DNA from: an uncultured Gammaproteobacteria bacterium
GTDB lineage: Bacteria; Patescibacteriota; Microgenomatia; PFEM01; JAPLYW01
Assembly: GCA_965230945.1 (NCBI GenBank)
Contig: OZ246397.1
Location: 88,029 to 152,028 of the forward strand
Length of the DNA: 64,000 nucleotides
Direction of reading: 5' to 3'
Below the pieces are notes generated by a model. It searched no databases and had not been told where the DNA came from. It saw only the letters and a list, made by a program, of their open reading frames with translations. This document shows, piece after piece, positions 48,323 through 58,187 of the stretch; within the stretch, counting starts at the first letter, position 1, and the number at the start of each line of letters is the position of its first letter. The translations under genes were made by a program, and so were the position numbers.

Positions 48323-49422
48323 TTTGCCTCCTTTTCTAAAATTTTTAATATTTTTTCGGCAGTGTCCTGCCAGTTAAACTCCTTAGCCTGCCTTAAACCT
48401 CCTTCAATTAAATCGTCTCCTTTAGCTAAAGCTTCTTTTATTCCCCGAGCAATATCTGAATGATTATTGGGATTAACAATCACCCCGGCTCTACTAACAA
48501 TTTCCGGCAGACTGCCAGCCCTGCTTACCACCACCGGTGTTCCGCAAGCCATGGCCTCAATCACCGGAATTCCAAAGCCTTCATAAAAACTTGACAAAAC
48601 AAAAACTTTGGCTCCTGCCATCAGCCCTGGTACATTAGCTTCATCAACAAAACCAGTAAAGACAACTCTTCTTTCTAGACCAAAACTCTTAACTTTGCTA
48701 AAAATCTGATCATATAACCAGCCTTTTTTACCAGCAATTACTAAGCTGATTTTCCTATTACTCTTAACAACTTTAGCAAAAGCTTTTAGCAACCCCTCAA
48801 TATTTTTGCTCGGTTTTAAAGTACTTAGGAATAGAAGATAATCGCCTTCTATTTTATACTTTTCTCTGGCCTTATCTGTTTTCTCTTTAGCTTTTAGATT
48901 AAAGCTTTGGTGATCAATACCCGGATAACTAACGGTAATCTTTTTCGGATCTATATTGTAATACTTAATTATATCATTTTGACTGCTCCTAGAGATAGTA
49001 AAAATATGTTTAGCTCTTTTTATAGAAAAAGCTGTTCCCAATCTTAACTTCCAGTAAGTCTTTTTTGTAAAATGATCAGGAAATTTTAGATAACCCAAAT
49101 CCATAATAGAGACAAGCAGAGGAGCCTGAGAAAAAAGTGGTGAATAATGGCCGGGACTAAAAACTATATCCGGCTTAGGCCTTTGTTTAAATAAAGCCAA
49201 AGGAAGCCCTAAAAGATTCCAACATTTTTTAGGACCGACTACTTTATAAGACCATCCTTTTCTTTCCTGAGGCAGATCTTCCAAGGGCAAGGAGGGTAAA
49301 TAAATAGTGTAGTCATTTACCCTGTCAATATTATATAAGGCTTTTAATAACTCAAAAGCGTACTGGTTAGACCCCACCCTATGACTGATATTAGCTTCAT
49401 AGCCAATTAAAGCAGTTCTCAT
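48319..49422 (-). CDS. Family 4 glycosyltransferase (GT4)
   Basis: VLSSFYEGFGIPVIEAMACGTPVV. Confidence 0.8.
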   Translation of the reverse strand: MRTALIGYEANISHRVGSNQYAFELLKALYNIDRVNDYTIYLPSLPLEDLPQERKGWSYKVVGPKKCWNLLGLPLALFKQRPKPDIVFSPGHYSPLFSQAPLLVSIMDLGYLKFPDHFTKKTYWKLRLGTAFSIKRAKHIFTISRSSQNDIIKYYNIDPKKITVSYPGIDHQSFNLKAKEKTDKAREKYKIEGDYLLFLSTLKPSKNIEGLLKAFAKVVKSNRKISLVIAGKKGWLYDQIFSKVKSFGLERRVVFTGFVDEANVPGLMAGAKVFVLSSFYEGFGIPVIEAMACGTPVVVSRAGSLPEIVSRAGVIVNPNNHSDIARGIKEALAKGDDLIEGGLRQAKEFNWQDTAEKILKILEKEAK

Positions 49423-49424
49423 CT

Positions 49425-49892
49425 TTATTTACCTAGTTTATAGACAACAATGTCATTTGCCAACTCCCAAGTCTTAAGGATTTTGGTAGGTTGAAATTCA
49501 TAAATCTCCATAATTTGGGTATTTATAGGGTCAGGCAAGCCTCCTTCGGCAATAACATAAAGAATTTCGGCCTTCTGGTAATCTTCAGGCTGTCAATCCA
49601 AAGCTCTTTTGCTATAATAAGCCTCTGTAAAATAGCGATAGCCAACCGCATTATGATCCCAACGGTCTGGATTACGATAATTAGACATTAAATTAAAGGT
49701 TTTTGTTTCATCAACATCATCAGCAATCATCCTGGCTACATCCTTAATATCACCAATCGTTCGTTCAGGCTCTTCAAAAACCAAAACATGCTTTAAGTTA
49801 AAAAGGAACATAAAAGCAAAAAGCAAGATTAAAGTTAAAAATAAAAGCTCTCTCTTATTAGCTTTAATAAAATTAACTAATTTCTTCTTCAT
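49425..49892 (-). pseudogene. 155-codon membrane-anchored hypothetical gene interrupted by one in-frame TGA (codon 100). It is a nonsense pseudogene, a sequencing error, or a recoded stop.
   Basis: The track ORF 49593..49892 ends at TGA (49593-49595). The same frame then continues stop-free for 55 more codons (QPEDYQKAEILYVIAEGGLPDPINTQIMEIYEFQPTKILKTWELANDIVVYKLGK) to a TAA 2 nt before the next gene's ATG. Confidence 0.55.
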
Positions 49893-51016
49893 TTACCTTT
49901 TATTGCTTGCCTGTAAATATCAAGCGTGCCTTTGGCAGTCTTTTCCCAGGAAAACTTAGCTGCCTGTTTAAATCCTTTTTTAACCAATTCCTCTTTATTT
50001 CTAATGGCTCTGGTTATTCCATGGCTAATACTTTCTACTTCTAAAGGATCAACCAAAACTGCCGCTTTTCCTGCCACTTCCGGCATACTGGAAATATCAG
50101 AAGTAACCACAGGAGAACCACAAACCATTGCTTCTAAAATCGGCAAGCCAAAACCCTCATATAAAGAAGGAAAAACAAAACAACTTGCCGATGAGTATAA
50201 AGCTGACAAATCCCTTTCCCGATTAATAAAGCCGGTAAAAATAATGTCTTTAGGTTGATAACCCATTATTCTTTTTATCTCCTCATCCCAACCAAGCTTG
50301 CCGGCTAAAACTAATTTCATCTGGGGAATAATCTTTTGAACCTCCCTAAAGGCCAAAATTACCCGTTTAAGATTTTTTCTTGGCTCTAAAGTAGCCACCG
50401 ATAAAAGGAAATCCCCTTTTATCTTATATTTTTTCTTGACTTCATCTATAATTTTTTGGTCTTTAATCTTTTTAATATCCGTCGGTGGAGCTTCATAAAC
50501 CACTTTAACTTTTTTAGGAGAAATGCCTAAAATATTAACAACATCTTTTTTAGTCGCTTCAGAAATGGCTATAATTAAATCAACTTCTTTCTTAATCCAC
50601 TTAAAACGTCCCTTCATAACGGCACTAATCTTAGGATGGGCCGTATCAGGATATTTCAAAAAGCCAAAATCATGAATGGTAGTCACCTTAGCCGAATTAG
50701 TCGGTGGCTGTGTCCAATCAGAAGAATGAAAAACATCAACTGGACCAATTAATCTATCAATAGGTAAAACATGGAGTTTATTCCATAAAAAATCTGCCAA
50801 GGTAGGTGGAATTAAAAAAGTTTTTCCTGAAACATTCTTAAATGAAGAAAGACTAGAAAGATAATCTCGTAAGGTATCTGTTTGACGCAAGCTACCGCCA
50901 AAAAGAAAAAACTCATCTTTTTTATCTATCTTTAATAAAGAGTGAATGAGATTCTTGGTGTAAACAGAAACACCTGTACCATAGACTATTTGGGAAATAT
51001 CAATACCAATCTTCAT
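49889..51016 (-). CDS. Family 4 glycosyltransferase (GT4)
   Basis: VFPSLYEGFGLPILEAMVCGSPVVTS. Confidence 0.8.
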   Translation of the reverse strand: MKIGIDISQIVYGTGVSVYTKNLIHSLLKIDKKDEFFLFGGSLRQTDTLRDYLSSLSSFKNVSGKTFLIPPTLADFLWNKLHVLPIDRLIGPVDVFHSSDWTQPPTNSAKVTTIHDFGFLKYPDTAHPKISAVMKGRFKWIKKEVDLIIAISEATKKDVVNILGISPKKVKVVYEAPPTDIKKIKDQKIIDEVKKKYKIKGDFLLSVATLEPRKNLKRVILAFREVQKIIPQMKLVLAGKLGWDEEIKRIMGYQPKDIIFTGFINRERDLSALYSSASCFVFPSLYEGFGLPILEAMVCGSPVVTSDISSMPEVAGKAAVLVDPLEVESISHGITRAIRNKEELVKKGFKQAAKFSWEKTAKGTLDIYRQAIKGK

Positions 51017-51486
51017 GATACTTTTCTGAAAACTCTATCCGAAAGAGAAGGTTGTTTAAAATCAGGTCTTTTGGCTTCTCGCAATCTTCTTTGCCTATGC
51101 CTGAGAGAGTATTTGTTAGCAAAAACCCAACTCTGTATCTCAAGTCTTTTTTTTGTTTTAATTGGGCTTCTAATTACCCAATCCTCATCGACACCAATAT
51201 TTAAAAATCTCGTTTCCCTGTTGGGAATATCATTAATTTTCAGAACCGCACAGGGGAGAAAATCACCCGGCCTAGCAAAATTGACCCTAACCTGAATCGT
51301 TGCCCCTGGAGGAATCCTTCCCTTAACTACACCTCGCTCTCCTCTCCTTCTTTTATCAGGATCCTCACGAAAGATATCTTTTCCCTCCTCAAAAATCAAA
51401 GTCGCAAAATCGGGTTTCCTTTCTTTCTTAGTTACTTCTTTTTTAATTTCTTCTTTAACCGCTAAACTGCCTTCTGTCTCACTCAT
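51013..51486 (-). CDS. Hypothetical charged protein (157 aa)
   Basis: Translationally coupled on both sides (4- and 8-nt overlaps); no motif recognised. Confidence 0.5.
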   Translation of the reverse strand: MSETEGSLAVKEEIKKEVTKKERKPDFATLIFEEGKDIFREDPDKRRRGERGVVKGRIPPGATIQVRVNFARPGDFLPCAVLKINDIPNRETRFLNIGVDEDWVIRSPIKTKKRLEIQSWVFANKYSLRHRQRRLREAKRPDFKQPSLSDRVFRKVS

Positions 51487-52942
51487 AACTATACCTCCAT
51501 TCTTGAATTTTAACCTGATTAAAACTAACTTCCTCTATTTTATCAAAATTATTAGTTTCAAGCCAATTTACAACTAATCCCTGAGGGTCAAAAAGATCGG
51601 TTAGATAGTAAATATAGTAAAAAGTCTTTATTGGCCCTGAAGATAATTTCTTAAGGTCTTTAGAATTAACAACTCTAATTCCTTCGGCTACAGTTACTAA
51701 AGGAACTTTCTTTTGGCTGTAATAAGTATAGGGCCAATGGGAAGTAGAAGAAGGCAAAAGGGCGGCACTATCTTCCTTAGCCTCTTCTTCAATATAGCTA
51801 ACTACCCCTCGCCAATCTTCACGATGAAAATAAGGATTAGTGTAGTAGAAACTTAATGATACTAAGTTAACCAATAAAACAAAGGCAATAGCTAAAAAAC
51901 GTGATATGGGCTTAGAAAAGCTAACCACCCCAAAAGACAGAATAAGATAAAAAGCAGGTAAAGAAAGTAAAAGCCTAAAAGGCTGATAGTTGGGAATTAA
52001 AAAGGAAACTACCCAGGCCAGAAAGATGGGAACTAAAAACCACAAAAGAATAATAATTAGTGACTTATACTTCTTGGCTAATCTCTTCTTCTTAAGAACC
52101 AGCCCATTGGCTATTAAAAGTCCATAAATAGCAAAAAGAGATAAGGCCACTACCGCATATAGGCTTTTATTGAAAATGGTAATCCGACCAATAGAAAACT
52201 TAATAAAGGTTAAAGGCAAGGCCTTAAAAAAGCTTACATTAACTAACTCTCCCCATCCCGGCAAGATAGCACTGGCCTCAATGCCAGTTTTTAATTGAAT
52301 TGACAATAAAAATAGGACTGGCAAAAATAAAAAGGCAATAATACTAAAGTTACGGAAAAGCTCCATGGTTCTCTTTCTTAAGAAAAGAACACCGATGACT
52401 ATCTGTAATAAGAAGATAAACAAGCCATAGTAATCAGAATAAAGCAATAAGGTTGTTGAAAGAATATAGGCAACAGTTAGTTTTCTATTATTTAAACGAT
52501 TATTGATTAATCTTAAAAAATAATAAAAAGACAAGGCGGCGAAAAAGGTAGCTAGTGAATACATCCTTGCCTCTTGAGAATAATAAATATGGAAAGGGGC
52601 TGTAGCTAAAAACAAAGCTGATATTAAAGGTAAGATCTTTTTAACCTTATTCCTGCCATTTATCAGATGTTTAGCTATTAAATAAACAAAATAAATAGTG
52701 GCTGTTCCAAAAATAACTGAGGGCAGCCTCATAATTATCTCACTGTTGCCAAACAAATGAGCCCAACACCACATTAAAAGATGATACAAAGGAGGATGAA
52801 AATCCCCTCTTAGCTCTACAAAAAGATTTAAAAATGGAGCTTGAGAAGTCAGAGCTTGAACTGACTCATCAAGCCAAAAAGACTGATTAAGATTAATCAA
52901 CCGCAAAACAAAACCCAAAATCAAAATTAAAATTATGCCCAT
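51479..52942 (-). CDS. GT-C fold membrane glycosyltransferase (ArnT/PMT-like), second copy
   Basis: Polytopic; first loop LDESVQALTSQAPFLNLF...GDFHPPLYHLLMWCWAHLFG has an ArnT/PMT-like DE motif. Confidence 0.65.
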   Translation of the reverse strand: MGIILILILGFVLRLINLNQSFWLDESVQALTSQAPFLNLFVELRGDFHPPLYHLLMWCWAHLFGNSEIIMRLPSVIFGTATIYFVYLIAKHLINGRNKVKKILPLISALFLATAPFHIYYSQEARMYSLATFFAALSFYYFLRLINNRLNNRKLTVAYILSTTLLLYSDYYGLFIFLLQIVIGVLFLRKRTMELFRNFSIIAFLFLPVLFLLSIQLKTGIEASAILPGWGELVNVSFFKALPLTFIKFSIGRITIFNKSLYAVVALSLFAIYGLLIANGLVLKKKRLAKKYKSLIIILLWFLVPIFLAWVVSFLIPNYQPFRLLLSLPAFYLILSFGVVSFSKPISRFLAIAFVLLVNLVSLSFYYTNPYFHREDWRGVVSYIEEEAKEDSAALLPSSTSHWPYTYYSQKKVPLVTVAEGIRVVNSKDLKKLSSGPIKTFYYIYYLTDLFDPQGLVVNWLETNNFDKIEEVSFNQVKIQEWRYSYE

Positions 52943-53826
52943 AATTTCTCCTGCTTAATTTCTTTGTTAAATAAAAAGTAAACAGCTAATTTAAGTTTAA
53001 ACCTTAGTAAAAAATTAACCACCAAAGCTAATCTAAAAATCTTAAGTTTTGACAAGCCATAATTCTTTTTAACAAAAAGGAGCATTGAAGAAAAATATTG
53101 TTTGTAAAAACTAAAACTTTCGCTACTTATTTTTTGTTTCCAACTTGCTCCTCCTAAGTGAATAATTTTTGCTTTTGGAACGACTACCAATTTAAAACCC
53201 ATTTTCTTTACCCGCCAACACCAATCAACGTCCTCATATAAAAACTGATAATTTTCATCAAGCAAGCCTGCCTTATCCCAGACTTCTTTTTTAGCCATCA
53301 AAGCCGCTCCTGGCAATTGATCTACCTCTATAGTATCCTTTTCAGATAAATCGCTTAAAATTAACCTTCTTAGCTTAGTTTTTAAAAACAAAGGCCTTAA
53401 AAAAGGATTATGATAAACAAAAACCTGCCATAAATTAGGAAACCTCATATAATAATCTTTCTGTATTTCTCCTGATTTGAATACTAAAAGAGGTGAAGCA
53501 ACCGCAATATTTTTATCTTTTGCAAAAGCATCTGCTAACTTTTTAATAGCATCTCCAGGAACTATTGTGTCGGAATTTAAAATCATAATTAAATCTCCTT
53601 TAGCTTTTCTAATCCCCTGATTATTACCTTTGGCAAAACCTAAGTTCTTTTTATTTTCAATTAACTTCACTTCGGGAAACTCCTTTTTGATCATTCCCGT
53701 ACTACTGTCAGAAGAATTGTTATCAACAACAATAATTTCAAAAACATCCTTTTGCTTTATTGATTTAAGACAATCTCTTAAAAGAGACTTTGTGTTCCAA
53801 GAAAGAATAACTACTGAAACTTTCAT
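52933..53826 (-). CDS. Family 2 glycosyltransferase (GT2)
   Basis: VSVVILSWNTKSLL...IIVVDNNSSDSS. Confidence 0.8.
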   Translation of the reverse strand: MKVSVVILSWNTKSLLRDCLKSIKQKDVFEIIVVDNNSSDSSTGMIKKEFPEVKLIENKKNLGFAKGNNQGIRKAKGDLIMILNSDTIVPGDAIKKLADAFAKDKNIAVASPLLVFKSGEIQKDYYMRFPNLWQVFVYHNPFLRPLFLKTKLRRLILSDLSEKDTIEVDQLPGAALMAKKEVWDKAGLLDENYQFLYEDVDWCWRVKKMGFKLVVVPKAKIIHLGGASWKQKISSESFSFYKQYFSSMLLFVKKNYGLSKLKIFRLALVVNFLLRFKLKLAVYFLFNKEIKQEKLWA

Positions 53827-55049
53827 CTTTTTAGTACTCTTAAGACAAATATATTATTAATAAACAAACCTATTAGTTCTCCTCCCAAAACAGCATAGGC
53901 TGCGCCCATAATAGAAAAACGAGGGATTAAAAGCAAACATAAAACAAGCTTGATAACAAAATTCAAACTAGCAAAAGGTAAAAATCTCTTAAAATGAGGT
54001 GAATTTTGAATAATATTCCCTGGCAAAACATTTAAGAAAAACAAAACTAAGGCAAAGCCCAAAACAACTAACGCCGGAGCGGCGGCCAAATAATCACTAC
54101 CATAAGCAAAACCAATAATGAACTTAGAAAAAAGGCCAAAAACCAAAACAAAGGGTAAAGAGATTAAAAACAAAACCCCTAAGCCTTTTTTGTAAATCCT
54201 AAATAACCTTTCTTTATCTTGTAAAAATAATCTGGAAGATAAAGGAAATAAGGCTAAGGCCAATGATTGAGGAATTAAAATAATAGCCTCTGTAAATTTA
54301 AAAGCACTCCCATAAAGACCAGTTATATAAGGGCCTTTAATTAAACCAATCATAATTAAAGATAAACGCAGATAAAAAACAGCCAAAATTAAAAGAAAAG
54401 CAAAAGCCCAAGATTGAGATAAAGCTTTCTTCCAAAAAATCTTGTCGATTATCCAGCCAAGTTTTAAACTCCAAGATGGAGATTTAAACAGGAAAAACAA
54501 AGCTACAAGACTATGAGCAATAACCGCGGCCAAAAAAACAAAAATCAAAGGAAAATTAAATAAAACAAAGGTTATCCCTAAAATAGCCGTTAAAACAGGA
54601 CCGGCAATATTAGCACCAGCCATATATTGCATTTTTTCTTTGGCGTTAAAAAAACTGGTTAAAAGATAAACAAAACTAAAAGGAAAGATAAAAAGACCAA
54701 AGACAGCTAGATAAATAATCTGATTTAAATTTTGTCCTAAAGCTAAAGCCAATAAAAGAGCTCCTATATAAGCACCTAAAGAAATTAAAAATCTTAAAGG
54801 TAGAAGCCTAGACAAATAAAAAGAAATCTTGTTTTGTCCACGAGAAATATCACGCAAAACTAATCTCTCCATGCCAAAATCAGCTACTGGTATAAAATTA
54901 TAAATGAAAGCTAAGGTGAAATTATAAACACCAAAGGTCTCAACCCCTAAGAAGCGAGCTAAAAAGATAAAATAAAAAAAGCCGATAACCCGGCCAGTTA
55001 ATTGAGAAGCAGAAAGAAAAAAAGTGTTTTTGGCAATCTTAGCTAGCAC
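53823..55049 (-). CDS. Wzx-like oligosaccharide flippase (MOP superfamily polysaccharide biosynthesis protein)
   Basis: About 12 TM segments; N-terminus KNTFFLSASQLTGRVIGFFYFIFLARFLG. Confidence 0.7.
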   Translation of the reverse strand: MLAKIAKNTFFLSASQLTGRVIGFFYFIFLARFLGVETFGVYNFTLAFIYNFIPVADFGMERLVLRDISRGQNKISFYLSRLLPLRFLISLGAYIGALLLALALGQNLNQIIYLAVFGLFIFPFSFVYLLTSFFNAKEKMQYMAGANIAGPVLTAILGITFVLFNFPLIFVFLAAVIAHSLVALFFLFKSPSWSLKLGWIIDKIFWKKALSQSWAFAFLLILAVFYLRLSLIMIGLIKGPYITGLYGSAFKFTEAIILIPQSLALALFPLSSRLFLQDKERLFRIYKKGLGVLFLISLPFVLVFGLFSKFIIGFAYGSDYLAAAPALVVLGFALVLFFLNVLPGNIIQNSPHFKRFLPFASLNFVIKLVLCLLLIPRFSIMGAAYAVLGGELIGLFINNIFVLRVLKR

Positions 55050-55090
55050 AAAGTAATTTTACTTTATTAAAAAGATAAATGCTATCTTTC

Positions 55091-55119
55091 TTGAATCAAT
55101 TTAAGACAAAGTTTATAAT
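55091..55119 (+). promoter_or_regulatory. Near-consensus sigma70 promoter TTGAAT-N17-TATAAT for the plus-strand glycosyltransferase operon
   Basis: TTGAAT at 55091-55096 and TATAAT at 55114-55119, with the ATG 23 nt downstream. Lies in the divergent gap opposite the Wzx gene. Confidence 0.55.
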
Positions 55120-55142
55120 AAGAACATTAAAAGCTTATTTTT

Positions 55143-56078
55143 ATGAGAAAAAACAAAAAATATTTTTATTCTGTTGTTATTCCTGTCTTCAATGAAGAGA
55201 AAAACATTGCCAAACTTCATCGAGAAATTGTGGCAGTGATGAAAAAACTCAAAAAGCCTTATGAGGTTATTTTTGTGGATGATGGCTCAACGGACAAGAG
55301 CTTCCAAATTTTAAAAAAGCTCAAGGTCCTGAAAATCATCAGATTCAGAAGGAATTTCGGCCAATCAGCCGCTTTAGACGCCGGTGTTAAGAATTCCCAA
55401 GGAGAAATTTTAATTACTCTTGATGGCGACGGCCAAAATGATCCTAACGATATTCCTAAACTTTTAAAAAAACTTGATGAGAGATACGATGCCGTTTGTG
55501 GTTGGCGCTATCAAAGAAATGATCCTTTGAGCAAAAAAATTGTTTCCAAAGTTGCCAATTATATTGGCAGTTTTTTAGTTAATCCTGGAATCCATGATTC
55601 AGGCTGCACTTTACGAGTTTACAAAAGAGAATGTTTTGAGGATTTGGACCTTTATGGAGAAATGCACCGCCTAATCCCGGCTTTAATCAAATGGCGTGGT
55701 TTTAAAATCACTGAGGTTAAAGTCAATCATAAAAAAAGAAAATTCGGCAAAACCAAATATACTTCTACAAGAACATTAAAGGGTTTTTTGGACATGTTTG
55801 AAGTTTGGTTTTGGCGAAAGTATGAAAACAGGCCCTTACATCTTTTTGGGGGCTTGGGAATTCTTCTTTCGTTTTTTTCTTTTGCTTTCGGAATTTACTT
55901 AGCCATCAGAAGAATCTTTTTTGGCTATTCACTATCTGATAAAATCTGGCCCTTGATTGCTATTACCGGCTTTATCACCGGCATTCAATTTTTAATTTTT
56001 GGTCTTCTAGCTGATTTAATCATCAAAAACCGCCCGAGAAAAAACTTCTATAAAATTAAAGAGATTATCGAAAAATAA
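55143..56078 (+). CDS. Polyprenyl-phosphate glycosyltransferase (GT2, DPM1/GtrB/ArnC-like, with C-terminal TM helices)
   Basis: YSVVIPVFNEEKNI...VIFVDDGSTDKS...LDGDGQN followed by two C-terminal TM segments. Confidence 0.8.
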   Translation: MRKNKKYFYSVVIPVFNEEKNIAKLHREIVAVMKKLKKPYEVIFVDDGSTDKSFQILKKLKVLKIIRFRRNFGQSAALDAGVKNSQGEILITLDGDGQNDPNDIPKLLKKLDERYDAVCGWRYQRNDPLSKKIVSKVANYIGSFLVNPGIHDSGCTLRVYKRECFEDLDLYGEMHRLIPALIKWRGFKITEVKVNHKKRKFGKTKYTSTRTLKGFLDMFEVWFWRKYENRPLHLFGGLGILLSFFSFAFGIYLAIRRIFFGYSLSDKIWPLIAITGFITGIQFLIFGLLADLIIKNRPRKNFYKIKEIIEK

Positions 56079-56081
56079 AAG

Positions 56082-57206
56082 ATGAAAATCTTAATGCTCA
56101 ATTACGAGTTCCCTCCTTTGGGCGGTGGTGCTGGAAATGCTAATTATTATCTTTTAAAAGAATTTGCCAAAGATAAAAAAATTAAGATAGACCTCGTTAC
56201 CTCATCAATTTCTGGTTTTAAAAGAGATAAATTCTCTGGGAATATAAATATTTACTACCTTAATATAGGTAAAAACAAGAATAAGGTTCACTACCAAACC
56301 AATAAAGATCTTCTTGTTTATTCTTTTAAAGCCTATTTTTTTGCCCGCAGCCTCCTTAAAAAAAATCAATACGACTTAATTCATTCTTGGTTTGGTATCC
56401 CCTGTGGTTTTCTGGCCATGTTGCTAAAAAAACCATACATAGTATCCTTAAGGGGTTCTGATGTTCCTTTTTATAACCAAAGATTTAAAAATTTGGACAA
56501 CCTTTTTTTTAAACGCCTAAGTAAAATTATTTGGGGAAAAGCCAAAGGCGTTATCGCCAACTCCGAAGGGTTGAAAGGATTAGCTCAAAAAACTGCTCCC
56601 AAACAGCAAATTGAAATTATTTATAACGGTGTTAACATTAAAGAATTCAAGCCGGTAAAAAATAAAAAAAGCAGTAAAAAATTAAGAATCATTTGTGTTG
56701 CCAGGCTTATTAAAAGAAAAGGGATTAATTATTTATTGAGAGCTTTAGGCGGTTTAAAAAATAAAGATTTTACCTTAACGCTTATTGGCGATGGTAAAGA
56801 AAAAGAAAACCTAAAAGAACTAGCAAAAAAGTTAAAAATTGAAAAAAAAGTTAAATTTTTAGGTTCAATTCCCCATCAAAAAATAGTAAAATATTATCAA
56901 GAAAATGAGCTTTTTGTATTTCCCTCTTTAAATGAAGGTATGAGTAACACTATTTTAGAAGCCATGGCTTGTGGATTGCCAATTATCACAACGAATGTCG
57001 GCGGGGCAAAAGAATTAGTCAAAAATAACGGCATTATTGTTAAACCAAGATCATCCAACCAAATTAAAAAAGCAATTTTAGAATATCTAAATAATAAAGA
57101 TTTAATTAAAATACACAGCCAAGCTTCAAGACAAATCGCCGAAAAAATGAGCTGGGAAAAGGTAGCTAAAAGTTATCAAAAGATTTATAGAAAATCATTT
57201 AATTAA
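56082..57206 (+). CDS. Family 4 glycosyltransferase (GT4)
   Basis: MKILMLNYEFPPLGGGAGNA...FPSLNEGMSNTILEAMACGLPII. Confidence 0.8.
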   Translation: MKILMLNYEFPPLGGGAGNANYYLLKEFAKDKKIKIDLVTSSISGFKRDKFSGNINIYYLNIGKNKNKVHYQTNKDLLVYSFKAYFFARSLLKKNQYDLIHSWFGIPCGFLAMLLKKPYIVSLRGSDVPFYNQRFKNLDNLFFKRLSKIIWGKAKGVIANSEGLKGLAQKTAPKQQIEIIYNGVNIKEFKPVKNKKSSKKLRIICVARLIKRKGINYLLRALGGLKNKDFTLTLIGDGKEKENLKELAKKLKIEKKVKFLGSIPHQKIVKYYQENELFVFPSLNEGMSNTILEAMACGLPIITTNVGGAKELVKNNGIIVKPRSSNQIKKAILEYLNNKDLIKIHSQASRQIAEKMSWEKVAKSYQKIYRKSFN

Positions 57207-57207
57207 A

Positions 57208-58059
57208 ATGAAGATCGATAATAAATTCATTGGCTTAATTTATAACAAGTTTGACTTCCCCATTCGGTTTTTATACTGCAGGCTTCCTCTATTAAGTAGG
57301 CTTTTATTTTGGAAACTCTATTCTTCTAATTTTGAGAAACTGGATAAGAACTTTGAGGAAATGAAAAAGATTATCGAGAAAAGTGGTTTTAGCTTTGAAA
57401 GGAAAACTTGTTTAGAGCTCGGACCGGGAAATTCCTACATAAATGCCTACAACTTATTGATGAATGGGGCAAAGAAGGTTATTCTTGTGGATAAATTTCC
57501 AAGATATATAAAAACAAAAAAACAGAAAGAATTTTTTAATAAAGAATTAAGCTATATTAAACAAAAATATAATCAGCAAGATTTATTTTTTGTTAAAAAC
57601 GGAAAAATTGATAAAAATTATATCGAATTTATTAATGGAGATTTTGCTATAATTAATTTTAAAGAAAAGATTGATTTTGCATTAACTATAAGTGTTTTTG
57701 AACATATTAAAAATGTCGAAAAGGTAATTGCTAAATTAAGCAAAGTGATTAAAAAGAATGGGTTAATATATCACTCAATTGATTTGAGGGATTATTACAA
57801 CTTCAATAATCCTTTTTTATTTTATAAATATTCGAAAGATACTTGGGAAAGATATTTAACAAAAGAAGGAACTAGCTACACAAATCGATTAAGATATAAA
57901 AATTTTAAAAATTTATTTAAAAAATATGGGTTCAAAATTATCTTTCAAGAACTCAAAAGATTTGAACTAATTACTAAAGTTAATATCTCAAAAGATTTTG
58001 ATATAAAAGATAAAGCTTTAAATGTTGGAATAATCAGCATTTTGTTAAAAAGAAAATGA
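57208..58059 (+). CDS. Class I SAM-dependent methyltransferase
   Basis: CLELGPGNS motif I and VILVDKF post-I region. Confidence 0.65.
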   Translation: MKIDNKFIGLIYNKFDFPIRFLYCRLPLLSRLLFWKLYSSNFEKLDKNFEEMKKIIEKSGFSFERKTCLELGPGNSYINAYNLLMNGAKKVILVDKFPRYIKTKKQKEFFNKELSYIKQKYNQQDLFFVKNGKIDKNYIEFINGDFAIINFKEKIDFALTISVFEHIKNVEKVIAKLSKVIKKNGLIYHSIDLRDYYNFNNPFLFYKYSKDTWERYLTKEGTSYTNRLRYKNFKNLFKKYGFKIIFQELKRFELITKVNISKDFDIKDKALNVGIISILLKRK

Positions 58060-58187
58060 TTAATTGGAGAAAACCAATCATCTATGCCTTGTTATATTTA
58101 ACTGGAAGTAAAATTTCTAGAAATTTAAGAGAAATTCAAATAATTGATAAACTTTCATTAAAAGAAAAAGAAGAATATTAACTATAT

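Noticed and set aside
49593-49595. Selenocysteine reading of the in-frame TGA
   Set aside because: No convincing SECIS-like hairpin immediately downstream, and no selenoprotein machinery visible. A nonsense mutation or sequencing error is more parsimonious.
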